Source: Azolla caroliniana (lineage: Eukaryota; Plantae; Polypodiophyta). Taken from it: DNA of 64,000 bases. The position numbers and the translations under genes are program-made. A model generated the notes under the pieces. The model ran no database searches. It saw only the letters and a list, made by a program, of their open reading frames with translations, and was not told where the DNA came from. The stretch's first letter is position 1. Each line of letters begins with the position of its first letter. Location of the stretch: assembly GCA_043228905.1 (NCBI GenBank), contig JBHGNT010000004.1, positions 6,448,001-6,512,000 of the forward strand, written 5' to 3'. Positions 60,520 through 64,000 of this stretch are shown piece after piece.

Positions 60520-62200
60520 TCCTTCCTAAGAAGGGATATTTGTGCTTTAGAGCAAGAAGTGTTTGTGTGAAAAATGCACATATACAAGCTCAAACCAAGT
60601 TATAGATGACACGCAATTTATAACACCCTCTTGATTAGTCATCCAGTGAGCTGCATTATATGTTGAGCTTATGTAAATCAAATGATATTCATCCTCTAGT
60701 AGGTCTTTATTGCATACATTACATATCTTCATACTTCATGTGTTTTGATGCCATGATACATCTTCAACATTTAGCTTGTACCACCAAGTGTGAAGTATTA
60801 TAAGGGCTTTGTGAGGGTTATAAGGTATAGTTAAATATGATCAATAGGCATTCTAGCATTTTTTAATTCAACATTCATGCTTAATGTTTGTAATGTAATG
60901 TTCCAATTAGGGCCATTTCATTCTTACATTTACTAGTAGTCTTTTCTCAATAACCATAGATTGCACGAAGTCAGTTAAAAGCTCTAATAGGTCTTCCATA
61001 CCCCACCTTGTGAACTATTTCTTTATGTCAACCATTTGGATGAGAGAATTTTGCTTTTATTTTGGTAATCTATGGTTTGACAAATTCTACCTATTGTAAT
61101 GCACCTATATATTCTTTATAATGTCAAACCAATAGCATAACCTAGTACATAGTAATGAAAATAATTGTCAATTGTCTCCTCATGAACATTTTTTTAATCT
61201 TCTCAATCTCATCCCCAATGTTTAATGAGATAGAGCAAGACTTCGGACTCCAAGGCATTAAATAACATCAGCTTAACTGCCCATCAATGAGTGTCTATTT
61301 GGTTGAATTGATTCTTTCACATGTAAATGTAATAACTTGTCCAACCAATTTGAAGCCTAGACTCAAAACATGCTCTCCATTTATTTGTGGCATGTGCATT
61401 AATGCCAATATATTTAAATCTTTGCTGGAATTGTATGGATTCTCAATTACATAGAGGTGGGGTATCGATGGCGTTGCATATGCCATAGTCCTCACTACCA
61501 TTACTTTTGGCTTATCCACAATAATAGTTAGTCCACTACTTTGGCAAAATACCAAGAACCATATCATCTACATATGAAACTAGTAGAATAAACTGTTGCA
61601 TAAGTTTTGGGGCATCAATCTTTCTTCTCTTGCAACCTTATTCACTAATTCCTTCAATTTGTTAATGCATACACCAAAGAGTGTAGGTGAGATTGTGTTA
61701 CTTACTATGTTTTCAGAAAATCCACAATTGGTTTTTAATTGGCATCTAACTTACTCATACATGTTTGGTTATTACCTCAACCATCATATTCTAAAGCTCG
61801 CATCTTGGACTATATACTAAAATGAACAAAACAACAATAAATATTTTCGTGGAGTTGATTGTTCTTCATAATTACTCATAATGTAACCAAATGATCCATT
61901 ATGAATTGTTATGGTCAACTACTTGTTTGCCCAAGTGCTCAACTACTTCTTTCAACCCATGTGCTTAGCTTTTGTTCCATTATAATGATATAAATTTAGC
62001 AATTGTTGAGATCACCATGCTTGTGCGATAATTTGATACTTTAATTTTTATCTCCTTATGTAACCAAACAATCCATTATGAAGTGTTTTGGTCGACACCT
62101 GTTTGCCCAAGTGCTAATCTACTTTGTTTTTCAACCCATTCACTTAGTTTCTATTCCGTGATGATGACATGCATTTAGCAATGGTGGAGCTCACCCACCA
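60520..62200 (-). pseudogene. Highly degenerate RTE-like LINE remnants
   Basis: KICNVCNKDLLEDEYHL zinc-finger fragment (60547-60732) and eroded RT motifs; boundaries approximate. Confidence 0.5.
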
Positions 62201-64000
62201 TAAACAAATAAATTGGGTTAAGTCATGAGCCAACCATCTTGGATAAGGTTTTCTTGATGATTGGGTAATGAATAACCATTTAAAATATTCAAGTTTGTGC
62301 AATTCAACGTGTTTACAAAGGTTTCTATAGCCAAATGCAAGACAATCCTTTTGAGTCATGTAATAAGCAAGAATCCATTAACTTTTCTTCTCATGTTTCT
62401 TCATTTTTTATAATTTTCAACTCTAGCATTGAAATCTCCCACAATTTATCATGTGCTCAATCTATAAGGTAATTTGTGAGAAATAAGATGCCTTCATAGA
62501 CCAACATGATAATGGATGTATGATATTTGAACATCCACTAAGAAAGGTGTGCATTATTTTCATATAGAGAGTTCTTACTATATAGGAATCTCCCTTTTTA
62601 CGAAGGTTTACAAATGAGTCACATCCAAGATGTTCTATTGATTTGGTTCCATGGGTCAAAATTGGCCTCCTCACAAATAGAACATCTAGTCTATTATGTT
62701 CTATTTGCAAGCTTCTCAAATGAAAGATCTTGGTCTATGAAAGGATCGTCTCCAACTGAAACATGCATACTATAATAATTTGACTCTTAGCAAGGAACCA
62801 TATAAAACTTCTTTATTTCCAATATAACCTCTATCCATAGGTATTTTATATTTTCATATCTATATATTTTTAATTAAAATTATCTAAGCTATCATAAGAG
62901 ATGCGTGTTATCCCTGTGGTATCCCTATTCACCGTTACCTTTCCTTTGGTGTGAGGCCATATGGATTTTATAACATAGCCATCTACCCTAAGTAGGCATT
63001 TTGTGTTGTGTCTCTTCTCTTGTGCTCGAGCAGCTCCCATGGGTCGGAGTAGAAACACCATGGAGAAAGAGATTGGATTAACCAGCTTAGAAACTAGAAC
63101 AAGATAATTTATCATAGCATCATCTGAGACTTCTATTACAACAATAAATAGATAATATCTATGCCATATATCATCCATAGAAAGGTTGATCAATTGGATG
63201 AGATCATAAATATCATCTCCATTCCGAAATTATCATTGCCACGATATGAATGGATAACACTCATGTGATCCAATAAGATTTTAAGATTTAAGTAATCAAA
63301 TGATCCTTTTTTAATAGTATGAGTGCGTAATATTCACATTCATATACTAATGAATGTACTAAGCAGCTTCCCAAGGTTGGTGGGAACTAATTTTCATCAC
63401 ATACCACCTTGAAGCCAGATAATATCCTTCAGGAGAGAGATCATCCCTGTTGTCAATATGAAAGACGGTGAAAAAGGTACCAAAGAATATTGCTATTCTT
63501 TTTCTTCACATCCTTAACCATCAACACTACTTGTTAGTTTACATGGCATCTCCTCTAAAATCCTGCTTCAATAATAACAGCCTTTCAACTTTTGGCTTTA
63601 AATTGAACTTCTTCATTATGCCTGTCAACCTGTTCACCTGAATCAAGATATACACCAAGCCAAAACAGTTAAATGCTATCGCTATATATTTATGCTATTG
63701 TGTAGAATTGGGAAAGTCTAATAATTTCAACAACCAAAAGTAAACTTTTTTTGTATTGGAGCGTCAAAGACCTCATGCTTTACCTTCAAAATACATACAA
63801 GCAGATTGCAGCAGTGCTTATTGTTGTTATCAAAACTGAAACAAAGTTGACTCCATTATTGTTGAGAATATCTTGCCCACATATCCTCTTCACTGTAGGC
63901 CCTGGCTTGTCTACTACCTAGGCGACAATTTATGAATTACTTATCATTTGCAAGCAACAAATGACACCAAGAAGTATTACAAACAGGATTAAGATCTATA

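Overview
Eukaryotic land-plant nuclear DNA, AT-rich and dominated by retrotransposons. The TE repertoire and the huge TE-filled intron suggest a fern or lycophyte, which is inference only. One host gene is supported: a 7-exon PSME3IP1/FAM192A/NIP30 homologue (+, 37986-59309, about 190 aa) whose last intron (17.6 kb) is packed with RTE-like LINE and Copia debris. Upstream lie four main blocks. (1) A Ty1/Copia element (3851-14903, TSD TTTAT) containing a young, apparently intact, GC-rich Ty3/Gypsy element (4468-11783; 798-bp LTRs, tRNA-Trp PBS, candidate -1 frameshift signal between PR and RT). (2) A tangle of at least five Copia remnants and a solo LTR (16885-28960). (3) A full-length L1-like LINE (about 30760-37238) split by a Gypsy-type solo LTR. 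(4) Further LINE fragments. A Mutator-like MITE lies downstream of the gene. Most notable: both Gypsy-type insertions share TGTCG...TTCTTCACGACA termini and the same 4-bp ACGT target duplication, each inside an ACGTGTC (ABRE-like) heptamer. The solo LTR also carries two tandem tRNA-like Pol III (box A/box B) units plus a dense CATG/RY cluster.
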